This document shows, piece by piece, positions 12,421 through 26,119 of a stretch of 64,000 nucleotides of DNA. Where the stretch lies: contig NC_057718.1 in the NCBI RefSeq assembly GCF_004010195.1, forward strand, positions 64,021,110 through 64,085,109. Direction: 5' to 3'. The translations under genes were made by a program, and so were the position numbers. Every line of letters begins with the position of its first letter. The stretch's first letter is position 1. The notes beneath the pieces were generated by a model. It was given only the letters and a program-made list of their open reading frames with translations. It ran no database searches and was not told the origin of the DNA. The DNA is from Chiloscyllium plagiosum. Taxonomy: Eukaryota.

Positions 12421-13512
12421 TGGGTTCGACCTCCATCTGGCAAGATCTGTGTGGTGGCAGTTTGTGCACCAGCCTCCTCATGTTAAAAGAGGGGAGGTAC
12501 CAGTCCTACTTACATCCCAGAAAAATCTCCAATAGCAATCAGCTAGTGGCAGAGAGGACAGAACTGTGATATCTGGAAGCCCCTCGTCACAAACCGACAG
12601 ATCAAAGGGTGGGTTGAAGATCCACAAATAGACCCCTTTATGGAGGACAATCATATTTGACCCAAGTGATCGCCAATAACTGGAGTGCAAGTCAAAGGGA
12701 CAAGGGTAGTTATTAAAGGTCTTAACAGCACTAAAAATCTCAATAAAGTAACAAAAATCAATTTTCTGCAATTATTTTGTCACCATACTAATGGGTTCTT
12801 TAAATCCATTTCATTTTTTGGTGTGGGTCATATGCTTGTTGTAAATTTGTACTCATTGTCATCTTCTAGGGTATGGATGTTTTAAGTTCTTATTTGTTTT
12901 CATGTTTTCATTTTTCCTGTTGTTCTGTGTCAGGTAACTCAGTTACATCTTCTATCTTTGTGCTGCACATCTTTTCCCTGTGGTCTGGCTTTCCACAAGC
13001 TCTGCAGTTTGATCCATATGCAAGACATTTTTTTCCAGCAGTGAACTCGCATGACATCCACAGCTCCTGTACGCTTTACTTTTCATAACTCAGCAAATTG
13101 CCTTATTCCAATAAATGACTTACTCAAGCAAGGATTATGAGCAAAATGCTTAAGATGTGCAAATATGCCCACTACCGTTCTTGAAAATAGCACACACACA
13201 AACTCTAAATCTGGGAAAAAACGATATAAATCTCTTGACTGAACTGAGAAGGTCATAAGCATTTTCTTCCATGGGCATAAAAACAATGGACACCTCCATA
13301 TGCCTTTTAGCTAAATTAGCTTTGGTTATCTTAAATGTGCTTTGGTCAAATAATTGTAGCATCTGGAAAGAATGATAAATCACAGTCTGCCACAAAGGAT
13401 GATCTGCAGCAAAGTCATTTGTCAAGCAAACTACTGGCACTGGAGTTTGTTTTGTGGAAATTCATTATATTGTTAAAGATCATCATCAAACATTCTGCTG
13501 ATATCTCACCAT

Positions 13513-13852
13513 GGGTGACATGGTGGCTCAATGGTTAGCACTGCTGCCTCAGAGTGCCAGGGACCCGGGTTTGATTCCAGCCCTGGGTGAATGTCTGTGT
13601 GGAATTTGCACATTCTCCCCCTGTCTGTGTGGGTTTTCTACAGGAGATTGCGTTTCCTCCCATAGTCCAAAGATGTGCAAGTTAGGTGGATTGGCCATGC
13701 TAAATTACCCATAGTGTGCAGGATAGGTAGATTAGCTATGAGAAATGCAGCATTATAGGGTGGGGGTGGGTGGGTCTAGATGGGATGCTCTTTGGAGGGG
13801 CGATGTGGACTTGATGGGCTGAATGACCTGCTTCCACACTGTAGGGATTCTA
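13513..13852 (+). mobile_element. HE1-like SINE
   Basis: Same head, body and tail as 1832-2140. Confidence 0.85.
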
Positions 13853-14514
13853 TCTCATTATCCTACATTTCTCTCCAAGTTTATAGCCCCTTTATGAACA
13901 TTCCCACCTCCCCAACCTTTACGCAGACTTTATGCAGTTAGCCTTTGTGGTGCATTGACCAATCTGCCTGAATTGGTTCGAAACTCATTCTAAAGACTAT
14001 GATACTCTGCACTCTTCCTTCTTTTGGTCTGAGACTTTCTCTCATATGTGGCTGTCGAGCCCTATTTTTCCTCTTCTTCTGAGAAATAATTTCACATTTC
14101 TGTTGGTTTCTTGTTCAAAGGTATCAGCATATACAATTCTTTCTCAGTATTAGTTGATACTCCCTGTATCAATCTAAATGATCTTGGTTGCTGTTGCTAT
14201 GATCTCAGCTGATTGTTGAAATTGGCCAAGTCAGGTTCCAAAGGGAACCCCAGCTTCAGAGTCCATATGTTTTATTTTAATATTTTCACATGAGGCTATC
14301 AATGTCAAAAAAGACAAACAACAAATAGAAAACTGGGAAAAAGTGATATAAAAATCTTATCAAAACATCAAAAAGAGATATTTCATCCCTTTTCTCAGCA
14401 ATATCGTTTCGAGGCACTCAACTCCAGTGAAATATCATTCCTATGTATATTTTAAAATCTCTTGACTGAACTGTCAAGGTCACAAGCATTTCCTTTCTAG
14501 AGCATAAAGACAAT

Positions 14515-14589
14515 TCCTGTTGGACTATAACCTGGTGTTGTGTGATTTTTAACCTTGTCCCCCCGAGTCCAACACTGGCACGTCCACAT
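14515..14589 (+). mobile_element. Penelope-derived short insertion (family B)
   Basis: cctgttggactataacctggtgttgtgtgatttttaac core; 12-bp TSD CATAAAGACAAT (14503-14, 14590-601). Confidence 0.75.
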
Positions 14590-16399
14590 CATAAAGACAA
14601 TGGCCACCTGCACAAGCCTTTTAGTTAAGCTAGCTTTGGTAACATTACACTGACCATGAATTGGTTTATTGTTTCATCAGATTGTTGGAGATATGACATG
14701 ATCCTAAGCGTGTGTATCCTGAAATTGTGGCTTGAACATTCAGTTGATCTACAAAAACCTGAAAAATGTTGACAGAATGTTTTAGTCATCGTCAGAATAA
14801 CTAGCAGATTTTACTGTTCTTAACCCTTCAGTGCCCAAAGTGAAAAGAGTTCTGACTGCCTGTCATTCTTTGTAAACTATCCAAACCAGTAAAATGAAGA
14901 ATGATTCCGTCTTTGCCTAACTGAACATCTGACAGAATGTTGATGGCATGCTAATCCATGCTCAGATGTTTGCTTTGTATCTTGCTTTTCTGGTGTTCTA
15001 AAATGCCAGTGTAAGAATATATATAGCAGTATAATGCTTTCTTGCATTTTAGTTGGATCCTGTTGGATTTCTGTTTCTTCCCATATGTTACTGCCCACTA
15101 AAAAGATTCTAAAAGATTTCTACCCATAGATAGTACCCATGCCAAAAGGAGTCATGATGTCATAAGGGTCCCTTTTTAATTTTTACACCAATTTTAGAAA
15201 AAAGAAATGGTGGAATTGATTGATATTCAGACACAGGTTAGGCCTCTTTAGTATGATGAGTTTTTTTTCAGTATTTTAAGCTGTATTTTCTTCTAAGATC
15301 ACTTTGGGACTGTCCTTTAGGAACTTTTAAAGTTCACTTTTGTATTAATTAGGTAAGAAGCAGCTCGTGTATTTCTTTTTACTAATTATGCTTTTGTATG
15401 TATTTCAGCAGGGTTTTGTAGCCTTTAGATTTGGTTGTAGTCATAGCTCCAGTTCTGAAATTGGACAGAATAATGGATGGTGGTTTTCATTACATCTGCT
15501 ATGTTATTGTCACCTTTTTAGAGTGTTGCTCCTGTTACTGCAACTAACTGGCTGCCATAGCTATTTTCAGTGCCCATTTGTTGCCACCATAATGCCATTT
15601 GTATTAACTCATGTAATATGTACGATGAAGTGGGCTACTGTTGAAACAGTTATCTTTAGGTTTATTTACACTGCGAACAAGTTACAAGGGTGTAATATCA
15701 CCAACACGAACACATAGTCTGGGTTCTATTCATAATAATGTTAATGGGGAAAAGGATCAAAGTTAGGAATATGTTATATGTTGAAATGTTTGTAATATAA
15801 ATAAATACCACATTTAGAATTTGATTTCAAACTAGTGGCGAATGGATGTTAGTTACTCTTCTGTGTATTTGTAACATCACAATCAGGTCAGCAAGCATTT
15901 CTGAAGCCATGACCAGTTTGCACCTGGCTGCAAGACCCTGAGAGATTAATGGAAAGTTATTTATTTATACAGTGGGGTTTTATTATGCAGCAAACATTGA
16001 AAGACATTTGATTGCTTTAGAATAATAAAGGATTAGTTTTTGTTTAGAAGAATGCAGAGCTTGAAAACTTTTAGGGTGGTTTGCAAGAGACCTCACTGTA
16101 ATCAGAAACAAATATAGTTTCTCTGCTAGAAAGGACTTCTGGGCAATTCAGTGAAAGTTGAGCTGCTTTGTTGTAAAAGTTCTGCTTGTGAAATATCCAG
16201 ACCAGGTCTCGTTCTTTCTATCTTTAGATAGCTTGATTTATTTTATTTTTTTCCTTTTATGTAATCAACTTCTGTTTTATTGTTAAAGAAAATCTGCTAT
16301 CTTGTCTGCCTATGTTTCAATGAACAACCACAATAAACATTATCTATCAGCCACAATAGTATGACTGGATTTTACTCTCAATTTGCAGGAGAGTTTAAA

Positions 16400-17615
16400 G
16401 TGTCCAAGTTAAAATTTTAACCTTAAATAAGAGCACTCATGAAGGTATGAAAGCAGAAGAATTGAAAAACTAGGTTACAGGATAAGTTATTAATGATGGA
16501 CTAGAAAACATTTAAGGGGATATTTCTGTATGCATAGGATAGATGTATCCCAACAAGTGAAAATAAGTTATTAGGGGCTGATGCGCCAACTATAGTTACT
16601 TGATAGTATCAAACTTCAAAGAAAAAATATAATGATGTTAAATTCTATCCATTTTTCCAATCTGTCAATTTAAAAAAAAATAAAACTAAGAATTACTAAA
16701 AAGATTAATGATGGAAGATAAGTGTAAATAAGAAAGCTTGTCAGAACTTTATTAAAAAGTAGAAAATGTTTCTATAAGAATTTATAAAAGAAAGGAGTTT
16801 ACAAGATCAGTGTTGGTCATATACAAAGTCAGACTGAAGAATTAATGATGGAAAATAAGGAGATGGCAGATTAATTGAAAATGCATTTTGTAATAGTTTT
16901 ACTATAGAGAATACAATGAATATCCCAGAAGCATCAATAAATCAAGAAATGGCGTGTTGGGAGGATCTCAGGAAATTGCAAACACCAATAAAATGATATT
17001 GAATAAATTATTGGAGCTATGGACTGACAAGTACTTGGGTTCTGATAGACTTCATCCCAGGGTCTTAAACGAAATGGCGAGTTGGAATGTTTAATGCATT
17101 GGTTTTAACATTCCAAAATTTCCTAGATTTGAATATGGACCCTTTTGATTGGAAGATAGGAAATGTAACTCCTTTTCGAAGAATGAGAGAGAGAGACAGG
17201 AAACAGGAAATTATAGACTAGTTAGTTTAGATCTGTCATAGGAAAAGTGCAAAATGCTATTGTTAAAGAAGTTATAACAGGATATTTAGTTACATCAACG
17301 TAATCAGGTCCAATTCAACAGATTTTCTGATGTGGAGATATCATGTTTCCCCAATCTGTTGGAGTTCTTTGAGGATGTAACGTGCTACAGATAAAGGGGA
17401 AATAGTGGATGTACTAGACTTAGATCTCAAGAAGGCATTTGATAATGTGCCATATCAAAAGTTATTGTGGGAGATCAAGGCTCTTAGTGAAAGTGGTATC
17501 ATATTGGCATGAAGAGAAGATTGGATGGCTAACTGGAAATAGAGCATAGGCATAAAGGATATTTTTCTAAATGCAAGACGTAATGAGTGGTGTGCCATAG
17601 CGATTGATGCTGGTT
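16400..17615 (+). mobile_element. Highly degraded CR1 LINE ORF2
   Basis: Remnants of GPDG.HPRVLKE, DWK.ANVTPLF, NYRPVSL and DV.YLDFQKAFD motifs. Confidence 0.75.
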
Positions 17616-18724
17616 GACTGACAATCACTGAAGACGAGTCAGGTACCTTTCTGCCAGAACATCATAAGCGAAGATGGCATGTAGCTGTCTTAAAATTACA
17701 AGCCTATCTGAGCTGGAGTCAATGATACAAACTTCAGCATAAGTGTACATTCCACACACCATACTGCAAATGGTCCAAACTCGACAATATTTAAGTAATC
17801 AATTCCATAATTATACGCGCATGGTGAGAAACCAACCCTCAGAGAGTATCATGAATGCCTGCAATGCCTGGTTTTATATCTATTTGAATCAGATACTGTG
17901 GTGCCATTATGATACTGATGGTAGCCCTTTGCTGTGAGGGTGATTTGCTAGAACTGCCTAATTTGCAAATTCTTTCTGCATTATTCTTTCTGCATTGTTA
18001 AGTGCATCTTGTGAGTTGCTGTGTGACAGGGCACGAGCCTAAAAGGGAAAGGGAGAAGCTTCTTTTTTCAAAACTAAACAGTGTTTAAAAAAATGAATTT
18101 AAATTTCAAAACCATTGTCCAGAATAAACCTATATTTTGTGGTCCTTATGGAACTATGGACATGCAGATATCATAAGAACAGCCTTGTGATTCACAAATT
18201 CACACTCCAAAGGAATGGCAAATTTCACTGCTGCCCATTTCTTTGCAGGGCTGTGTGAATAGTAAATATGGCATTCGAATATTCAATTGAGCATAGGCGA
18301 CATGCTTGAATATTCAGTTTATTAGACTTGCTTGAGGGGTTAAGTCATTAATACAGCTGCAATATTGCTTTGCTTATTGCAGACTAAACTCTCTTTAATT
18401 AAAAAATGCCAACATTCCTCATGATGCCACATTGCACTGACAGAACTCTGGTGGTGATTTGGCAGAGCAGAGATCACAATCAGCTTGTAATTTTCCCTTG
18501 GAATGCTTTAGCATTCAATGACATGCTTTGATTGTTGTCTTGTAGCCTGACAGACTGTGCCTTAAAATCTGTAAGAATGAGGGCTGAATTTCTTTTGGCG
18601 AAGTGTCCCTTTCAGCGAGTATCGGAGAGGGGTGCTCTCTATGCAAAGCCTCTTACCATACCTCACCAGACAAACTCATTAACTCCATCTCCATCTGTAT
18701 GCTGCCTCTTTTGTATGATTCTAG

Positions 18725-19913
18725 GGGAAAGTGAGGTCTGCAGATGCTGGAGATCAGAGATGGAAATGTGTTGCTGGAAAAGCGCAGCAGGTCAGGCAGC
18801 ATCGAGGGAACAGGAGAATCGACGTTTCGGGCATTAGNNNNNNNNNNNNNNNNNNNNNNNNNNNNNNNNNNNNNNNNNNNNNNNNNNNNNNNNNNNNNNN
18901 NNNNNNNNNNNNNNNNNNNNNNNNNNNNNNNNNNNNNNNNNNNNNNNNNNNNNNNNNNNNNNNNNNNNNNNNNNNNNNNNNNNNNNNNNNNNNNNNNNNN
19001 NNNNNNNNNNNNNNNNNNNNNNNNNNNNNNNNNNNNNNNNNNNNNNNNNNNNNNNNNNNNNNNNNNNNNNNNNNNNNNNNNNNNNNNNNNNNNNNNNNNN
19101 NNNNNNNNNNNNNNNNNNNNNNNNNNNNNNNNNNNNNNNNNNNNNNNNNNNNNNNNNNNNNNNNNNNNNNNNNNNNNNNNNNNNNNNNNNNNNNNNNNNN
19201 NNNNNNNNNNNNNNNNNNNNNNNNNNNNNNNNNNNNNNNNNNNNNNNNNNNNNNNNNNNNNNNNNNNNNNNNNNNNNNNNNNNNNNNNNNNNNNNNNNNN
19301 NNNNNNNNNNNNNNNNNNNNNNNNNNNNNNNNNNNNNNNNNNNNNNNNNNNNNNNNNNNNNNNNNNNNNNNNNNNNNNNNNNNNNNNNNNNNNNNNNNNN
19401 NNNNNNNNNNNNNNNNNNNNNNNNNNNNNNNNNNNNNNNNNNNNNNNNNNNNNNNNNNNNNNNNNNNNNNNNNNNNNNNNNNNNNNNNNNNNNNNNNNNN
19501 NNNNNNNNNNNNNNNNNNNNNNNNNNNNNNNNNNNNNNNNNNNNNNNNNNNNNNNNNNNNNNNNNNNNNNNNNNNNNNNNNNNNNNNNNNNNNNNNNNNN
19601 NNNNNNNNNNNNNNNNNNNNNNNNNNNNNNNNNNNNNNNNNNNNNNNNNAACTCAGCACCGCCTTCCTAACCTGCAATCTTCTTCCCGACCTCTCCGCCC
19701 CCACCCCAGTCTGACCTATCACCCTCACCTTGACCTCTTTCCACCTATCACATTTCCGACGCCCCTCCCCCAAGTCCCTCCTCCCTATCTTTTATCTTAG
19801 CCTGCTGGACAAACTGTCCTCATTCCTGAAGAAGGGCTAATGCCCAAAACGTCGATTCTCCTGTTCCCTCGATGCTGCCTGACCTGCTGCGCTTTTCCAG
19901 CAACACATTTCCA
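18725..19913. mobile_element. Penelope-like insertion with inverted ends, spanning an assembly gap
   Basis: Inverted pLTR ends on both sides of the Ns; 13-bp TSD TGTATGATTCTAG (18712-24, 19914-26). Confidence 0.75.
18838..19649. other. Assembly gap (812 N)
   Basis: Run of N. Confidence 1.
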
Positions 19914-20236
19914 TGTATGATTCTAGCCCCATTCTACCAGTCGTTGTAGCTGGAACAACTTGCCACTGCTCAGATAGTCCTGAATTAGCCAGCAACCCTG
20001 GTGCTGCAAGAATCTCATCCCAAGCTCCAAAACGTGGATGGAAATTGTGATATTTTGGTCTCAACATTGGATCTGACCCAGTTTTCCCCAATTTCTTGCC
20101 ATAGCCCAGGTTATTCAAGGGCTGAGAAAGGTCTGCCTATTGATTCCTTGAAAGCATACCCATCTAATCTAGTGCAGGAATATCGGGTTATTCAACAACT
20201 TGTAATGCTGCATGTGAAAATTAAATAACTCCACAT

Positions 20237-20560
20237 TTCGTAGACCTCACCAAGACCTTGGATCTCATTAGCAGGGAGAGATTTTTTAAACTGTTACAGA
20301 AATTAGGCTGCTCTCCTAAAATCCTAGGCATAATTTCTCCTTTCCACGTGAACTTGCTCAGTTACAATGCAGCAACATCAGATACACTTAAGATCAGCAA
20401 TGGATAAACTAGTTGCACTCTGGTGCCAATTCTCCTCCATGCTACTTTCATATGGTTTCAATGACTCAAGTCGGAGTGTCCACTTCTTCACAACCGTTTG
20501 GCAAGACTGCTCACTAAGACCAAAGTGCATGAAGTTCCAGTCTGTGAATTGCTGATGATA
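20237..20560 (+). mobile_element. RTE-clade LINE RT remnant
   Basis: FVDLTKTLDLISRERFFKLLQKLGCSPKILGII resembles the RTE/BovB-type RT motif FxDLTKAFDxVSRxGLxKxLxKxGCP. Confidence 0.6.
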
Positions 20561-20874
20561 CTAACTTACAATCCCATACTGAAATTCACTTTTACTGCAT
20601 TATAAATCAGATTTTTTTTTTTAACTTTGTTCATTCATTGAATGTGGTCATATCTGGCAAGTCCAGCATTTGCTGTCCATTTCTAATTGCTCTGGAGAGA
20701 AGTGGAGAGTCATTTCAATGGGTCTGGAGTCAACTGTATGCATGGAAGGTAAAGGTGGCAGTTTTCTTCCCTAAGGGCATCGGCCAAAGCCAATATTTTA
20801 CATCAATGGACTGTTATTTTCATGGTCAGAATTATTGATACTAGCTTTCAATTCCAGATTTATTAATTAAATTA

Positions 20875-23800
20875 AGGACAAACAAGAAGGAACAGGAGGT
20901 GGTGTAGTTCTGATATTTAAGGATAACATCAGGGCGGTGGTGAGAAATGATATAGATTCAATGGAGAAAAAGGTTGAATCAATATGGGTGGAACTAAGAA
21001 AAAGTAAGGGGAACAAGTAAGCACAGTCTATAGGTCACTAAATGACAACATCACGGTGGGAAGAGCAATAAACAAATAAATAACTGATGCATGTATAAAG
21101 TTAGGGACCCTCTCAGAAGAAGTGATCACAGTACGATTGAATTTAAAATACAGATGGAAAGTGATAAGGTAAAATCCATTATCAGTATCTTATGCTTAAA
21201 GTGGATTATAATGGGATGAGGGAAGAGTTGACTAGGGTAGACTGGGAACAAAGACTTTATGGTGAGACAATTGAGGAGCAGAGGAGGATTTTCAAAACAC
21301 ATTTTCACAGTGCTCAGCAGAAATATATTCCAGTGAAAAGGAAAGACTGTAGGAAAAGGAATAATCAGCCACAGATAACTAAGGAAATAAAGGAGGATAT
21401 CAAATTGAAAACTAATGCATACAAAGTATCAAAAATTAGCGAGAAGCTAGGGGATTGGGAACTCTTTAAAGGTCAACAGAAAGCCATTGAAAAGCTATAA
21501 AGAAAGGTAAGATGGATTATGAGAATAAGCCAGCTTAGAAAATCAAAATAGCAAAAGTTTCTACAAATAAATAATTCAAAAATTAGTGGCTAAGGTCCTT
21601 TAGAGATTCAGCAGGGGGATTTAATAACAGGAAATGAGGAAATGGTTGAGGCATTGAATATAGCTATTTTGTGCCGGTCTTTGAAGTGGAAGACACAAAT
21701 TACTTGCAAATAATTGGTGACAAGGAGGCTATGACAGGTGAAGACCTAGAAATTATTATTATCACTAAAGAGGTAGTGTTGGGTAAGCTAATGGGGCTAA
21801 AGGTAGAGAAGTCTCCTGGCCATGATGGAATGCATCCCAGGGGTCTAAGAAATATTGCAGGGAAATAGAAAACCCGCTCATGTAAACTTATCAAGTTTCA
21901 CTGGACTCTGGGTGGTTCTGGCAGATTGGAAAACAGCAAATGTGACACCACTGTTTAAAAAAGAAGGTAGACAAAAGCCGGGTAACCATAGGCCCCTTAG
22001 CTTAACTTCTGCAGCGGAGAGAATGTTTGAATCTATAATCAAGGAAGAAATAAAGAGGCAGCTAGAGGTGCTGCACAAAAGGCTGCTGCATAAATCAAAG
22101 GTGCATGGCATTATAGATATCTATTAGGATGGTTAGAAGATTGGTTAACTTAGAGAAAGCAAAGAGTAGGGATAAATGGGTATTTTTCCGTTTGGTGATC
22201 AGTGGCTATTGGTGTGCCTCAGGGATCAGTTTTGGAACCACAATTGTTTGCAATTTACATAAATGATTTAGAATTAGGGACCATGTATAGCATGTCAAAG
22301 TTCATTGATGACACTAAAATAAGTGGTAGATCAAAGTGTGCAGAAGACACTGAAAGTTTGCAGAGGGATATAAATAAGTGAAATAAGTGGGTAAGGGTCT
22401 AGCAGATAGAGTACAATGTCGGTAAATGTGAAGTCATCCATTTTGGTAAGAATAACAGCAAAATGGAGAACGTGAGGATTGCAGATGTTGGAGAGTCACA
22501 GTCAAAAGGTGTGGTGCTGGAAAGGCACAGCAGGTCAAGCAGCATCCAAGGAGCAGGAGAGTTGAGGTTTTGGGCATAAGTTCTTCATTAGGAATGTGGA
22601 GGGGGAAAGGGTCTGAGAGATAAATAGAGGAGTGGGGCTGGGGGGAAGGTAGCTGGGAATGGTGGATGCAGGTGGGGGGTAGGTTATGGGGGTTGGAACA
22701 GATAGGTGGGAAAGAAGATAGACAGGTAGGACAGGTCAAGAGGGCAGGGCCGAGTTATTGGAGGGTTGGATCTGGGATGAGGTGAGGTAAGAGAGAATTG
22801 GAAACTGGTGAAGTCGAACGTTGATGCTGTGTGGTTGGAGGGTCTTGAGGCAGAAGATGAGGCATTCTTCCTCCAGTTGGTGAGTGGCTTGGATTTGGTG
22901 GTGGAGGAGGCCTAGGACTTGCATGTGACACCTTTCCTTGCCACCGCACATGGTGTAAGACCTGCGCCCACACCTTTCCCGTCACCTCTCTCCAAGGTCC
23001 TAAAAGATCATTTCAACTCCAGTAGAAATTTTCCTGCACATCCACCCACTTCATCTACTGCGTCCATTGCTCTCCCCAGTGAGGAGACAGAATGCCAACT
23101 CGTGGAGTGGTTCATGGAATATCTCTAAGACACACACATCAAACAAGCCCACCATCCTGTGGCCAACCACTTCAATTCTTCCTCTCACCTCCCCAAGGAC
23201 ATGCTAGTAATGGGCCTCTTCCACCGCCAAATCAAAGCCACTCGCCAACTGGAGGAAAAATGCCTTATTTTCCAACTTGGGACCCTCCAACCGTACAGCA
23301 TCAATATTGACTTAACTAGTTTCTAAATCTCCTCTCCCCCCACCTCATTCCAGATCCAACTCTTCAATTCAGCACTGCCCTCTTGATCTGTCCTACCTGT
23401 CCATCTTCCTTCCCATCTATCTGCTCCACTCTCCCCACCAACATTTCACAATTACCTCCCACCTTTATCCACCTATCACCTCCCACCTACCTCCATTACC
23501 AGCCCCACCCTCACCCCTCTGTTTATCTCTCAGCCCTCTTCCCCTTCCACTTGCCTGATGAAGGGCATATGCCCCGAAATGTCGACTCTCCTGCTCCTCG
23601 GATGCTGCCTGTCCTGCTGTGCTTTTCCAGTGCCATACTTCTCAACTGTAACAGCAAAATGGGCTATTATTTAAATTAGTTTTTAAAATTGCAGCATGCT
23701 GCTATACAGAGGGACCTGGGTGTCCTTGTGCATGAATCACAAAATATTTGTTGAGAGGTGCAGCAGGTAATTAATAAGGCAAATGGAATATTGTCCTTCA

Positions 23801-24410
23801 TTGCTAGAGGGGAGGAGTTTAAAGACAGTTACGGTGCAACTGTGCAGGGTGCTGGTGAGGCCACATTTGGACTACTGTGTACAGCTATGGTCTACTTACT
23901 TGAGAAAGGATGTACTGGGATTAGAGGAGGTGCAGAGGAAGTTCACTAGGTTGATTCCTGGTTTGAGAGGGTTGGCTTATGAGGAGACATTAAGTAGACT
24001 GGGAGTATATTCTTTGGAATTTAAAAGAAAGAAGGAAGAGTCTTATAAAAATATGTAAAGTTATGAAGGGAATAGATAGGTTCGAAGCAGGGAGGTTGTT
24101 TCCACTGGCAGGTCAAAGGGAACCAGGCAGCATAGTCTCAAAACAAGGGAGAGCTGATTTAGGGCTGAGTTGAAGAGGAGCTTCTTCACCCAAAGGGTTG
24201 TGAATCTGTGGAATTCTCTGCGCAGTGAAGCATTTGAGACTACCCAATGAAAGATAGATAGATTTTTGAACAGTAAAGAAATTAAGGGTTATGATGAGCA
24301 GGTGGATAAGTGGAGCTGAGTTCATGAAAAGACCAGCCATGATCTTATTAAATGGTGGAGTGGGCTCAATAAGCCAGATGGCCTACTCCTGTTCCTAGTT
24401 CTTGTGTTCT
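20875..24410 (+). mobile_element. Long degraded CR1 LINE ORF2 (endonuclease to 3' UTR), interrupted by a PLE
   Basis: KSPGHDGMHPR, DWKTANVTPLFKKEG, GVPQGS, KFIDDTK, LVRPHLDYCVQLWS motifs. Confidence 0.88.
22467..23648. mobile_element. Penelope-like element, inverted two-arm insertion with GIY-YIG remnant
   Basis: 14-bp TSD TAACAGCAAAATGG (22453-66, 23649-62); LEEECLIFCLKTLQPHSIN on the - arm and the equivalent on the + arm; pLTR at both outer ends. Confidence 0.85.
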
Positions 24411-24459
24411 TAAGTCAGTTAAAATTCTGGCTGTTGCTATGGTGAGAATTGAACTTGTG

Positions 24460-24556
24460 CCATTCCTGAAGAAGGGCTTATGCCCAAAACGTCAATTCTC
24501 CTGCTCCTTGGATGCTGCCTGACCTGCTGCGCTTTTCCAGCAACACATTTTCAGCT
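24460..24556 (+). mobile_element. Penelope pLTR fragment (family A)
   Basis: cattcctgaagaagggcttatgcccaaaacgtc...gcttttccagcaacacattttcagct. Confidence 0.75.
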
Positions 24557-24914
24557 CCCCAGAGCTTTAGCCCAGACTCGGGATTACTAGAATTAGAATT
24601 AGAATTAGGATTTATTGTCATGTGTTCTCAAGTACAGAAATACAGGAGTCCAATGAAAAGTGTACAAAATCACCATTCTCCAGCGCCATCTTAGGAACAA
24701 AACAAAATTTAAAAAAACAACCATCTTAGATGCAAAAACCAAAATAACCGTCTCAGATACAAAAACCAGAACTAAAAAAAAACTCAAATGCAGAAATGCA
24801 AAATAAAGATCACAGAAAAAAGACTGAAGCATCCAGATCTAAAGGTATTATCCCTGTAAGGTAGGTGGGCCTCTTTCCCCGAAGCCTCAAGTCTCAATGC
24901 TGCTGTCGCCGCTG

Positions 24915-25845
24915 GCCCCTGGACCTCACTCCAGCAGACTGTTGGAACTCACTCCCGCAGACCCTCGGGACTCGCTCGCACCGGCCCTTGGAACTCGCTC
25001 CCACAGACCCTCGGAACTCACTCCACAGGCCGTCAGAACTCACTCCCATGGGCCCTTGGAATTCACTCCACAGGTCCTCGAAACTCACTCCCTCAGGCCC
25101 TCCAAACTCGCTCCCACAGGCCCTCAGAATTCACTCCCACATGCCCTCGAAACTCATTCTCACAGGCCCTCGGAACTCACTCCCACAGGCCCTTTGAATT
25201 CACTCCTACAGGCCCTCGGAACTCACTCCCACAGGCCCTTGGAATTCACTCCTACAGGCCACTCACTCCCACAGGCCCTTGGAATTCACTCCTACAGGCC
25301 CTCGGAACTCACTCCCTCAGGCCCTTGGAATTCACTCCACAGGCCCTCGGAACTCACTCCCTCAGGCCCTCGAAACTCGCTCTCACACGCCCTCAGAATT
25401 CACTCCCACAGGCCCTCGAAACTCACTCTCACAGGCCCTCGGAACTCACTCCACAGGCCCTCAGAACTCACTCCCACAGGCCCTTGGAATTCACTCCCAC
25501 AGGCCCTCGAAACTCGCTCTCACAGGCCCTCAGAACTCACTCCCTCAGGCCCTCGAAACTCACTCTCACGGGCCCTCGCAACTCGCTCCCACAGACCCTC
25601 GGAACTCACTCCCACAGGCCCTTGGAATTCACTCCCACAGGCACTCGGAATTCACTCCCACAGCCTTTGGAACTCGCTCTCACAGGCCTTCGGAACCCAC
25701 TTCCACAGGCCCTCAAAACTCACTCTCGCAGGCCCTCAGAACTCACTCCCACAGGCCCTTGGCCCTCACTCCTGCAGGCCTTGGACCTCACTCCCACAAG
25801 GTCTCAGAACTCTGCTCCCACAGGCTCTCAGCATTCACTCCTCAA
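24915..25845 (+). repeat. 23-bp minisatellite, consensus GGCCCTCGGAACTCACTCCCACA, roughly 38-40 copies
   Basis: Unit read directly; the 23-aa periodicity in the three overlapping ORFs equals 3 x 23 nt. Confidence 0.95.
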
Positions 25846-26119
25846 CCACTGCCAAATCCTGGAACATGCCATCCCCCAGCTCATTGCTGCCATTTTGTTC
25901 CTGATCTCGCTGATGCCCTGCCAAAGATTCCACAAAAGGCAAAAATTGAAAGAGCAAAAGTAAAAGCAAAAAGAGAGAGAAAGAAAAGTATACAGAAACA
26001 GATGAGTCCTCAAATGCTGCGCTACTGTTCTGCTGCCATTTAGTTTCCAGGTTCAGCAAGACCAGAAATAATACCATTATATCATAGAATCCTTGACCCG
26101 CAAGGAATTTAGATAGACC

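Noticed and set aside
18731..19773. 300+ aa ORFs in the ORF track
   Set aside because: Artefacts of the N gap.
24897..26043. Long ORFs (335, 254, 212 aa) as a mucin-like gene, or the repeat as a CRISPR array
   Set aside because: They arise from a stop-free 23-bp minisatellite. There are no unique spacers, no splice structure, and the context is eukaryotic.
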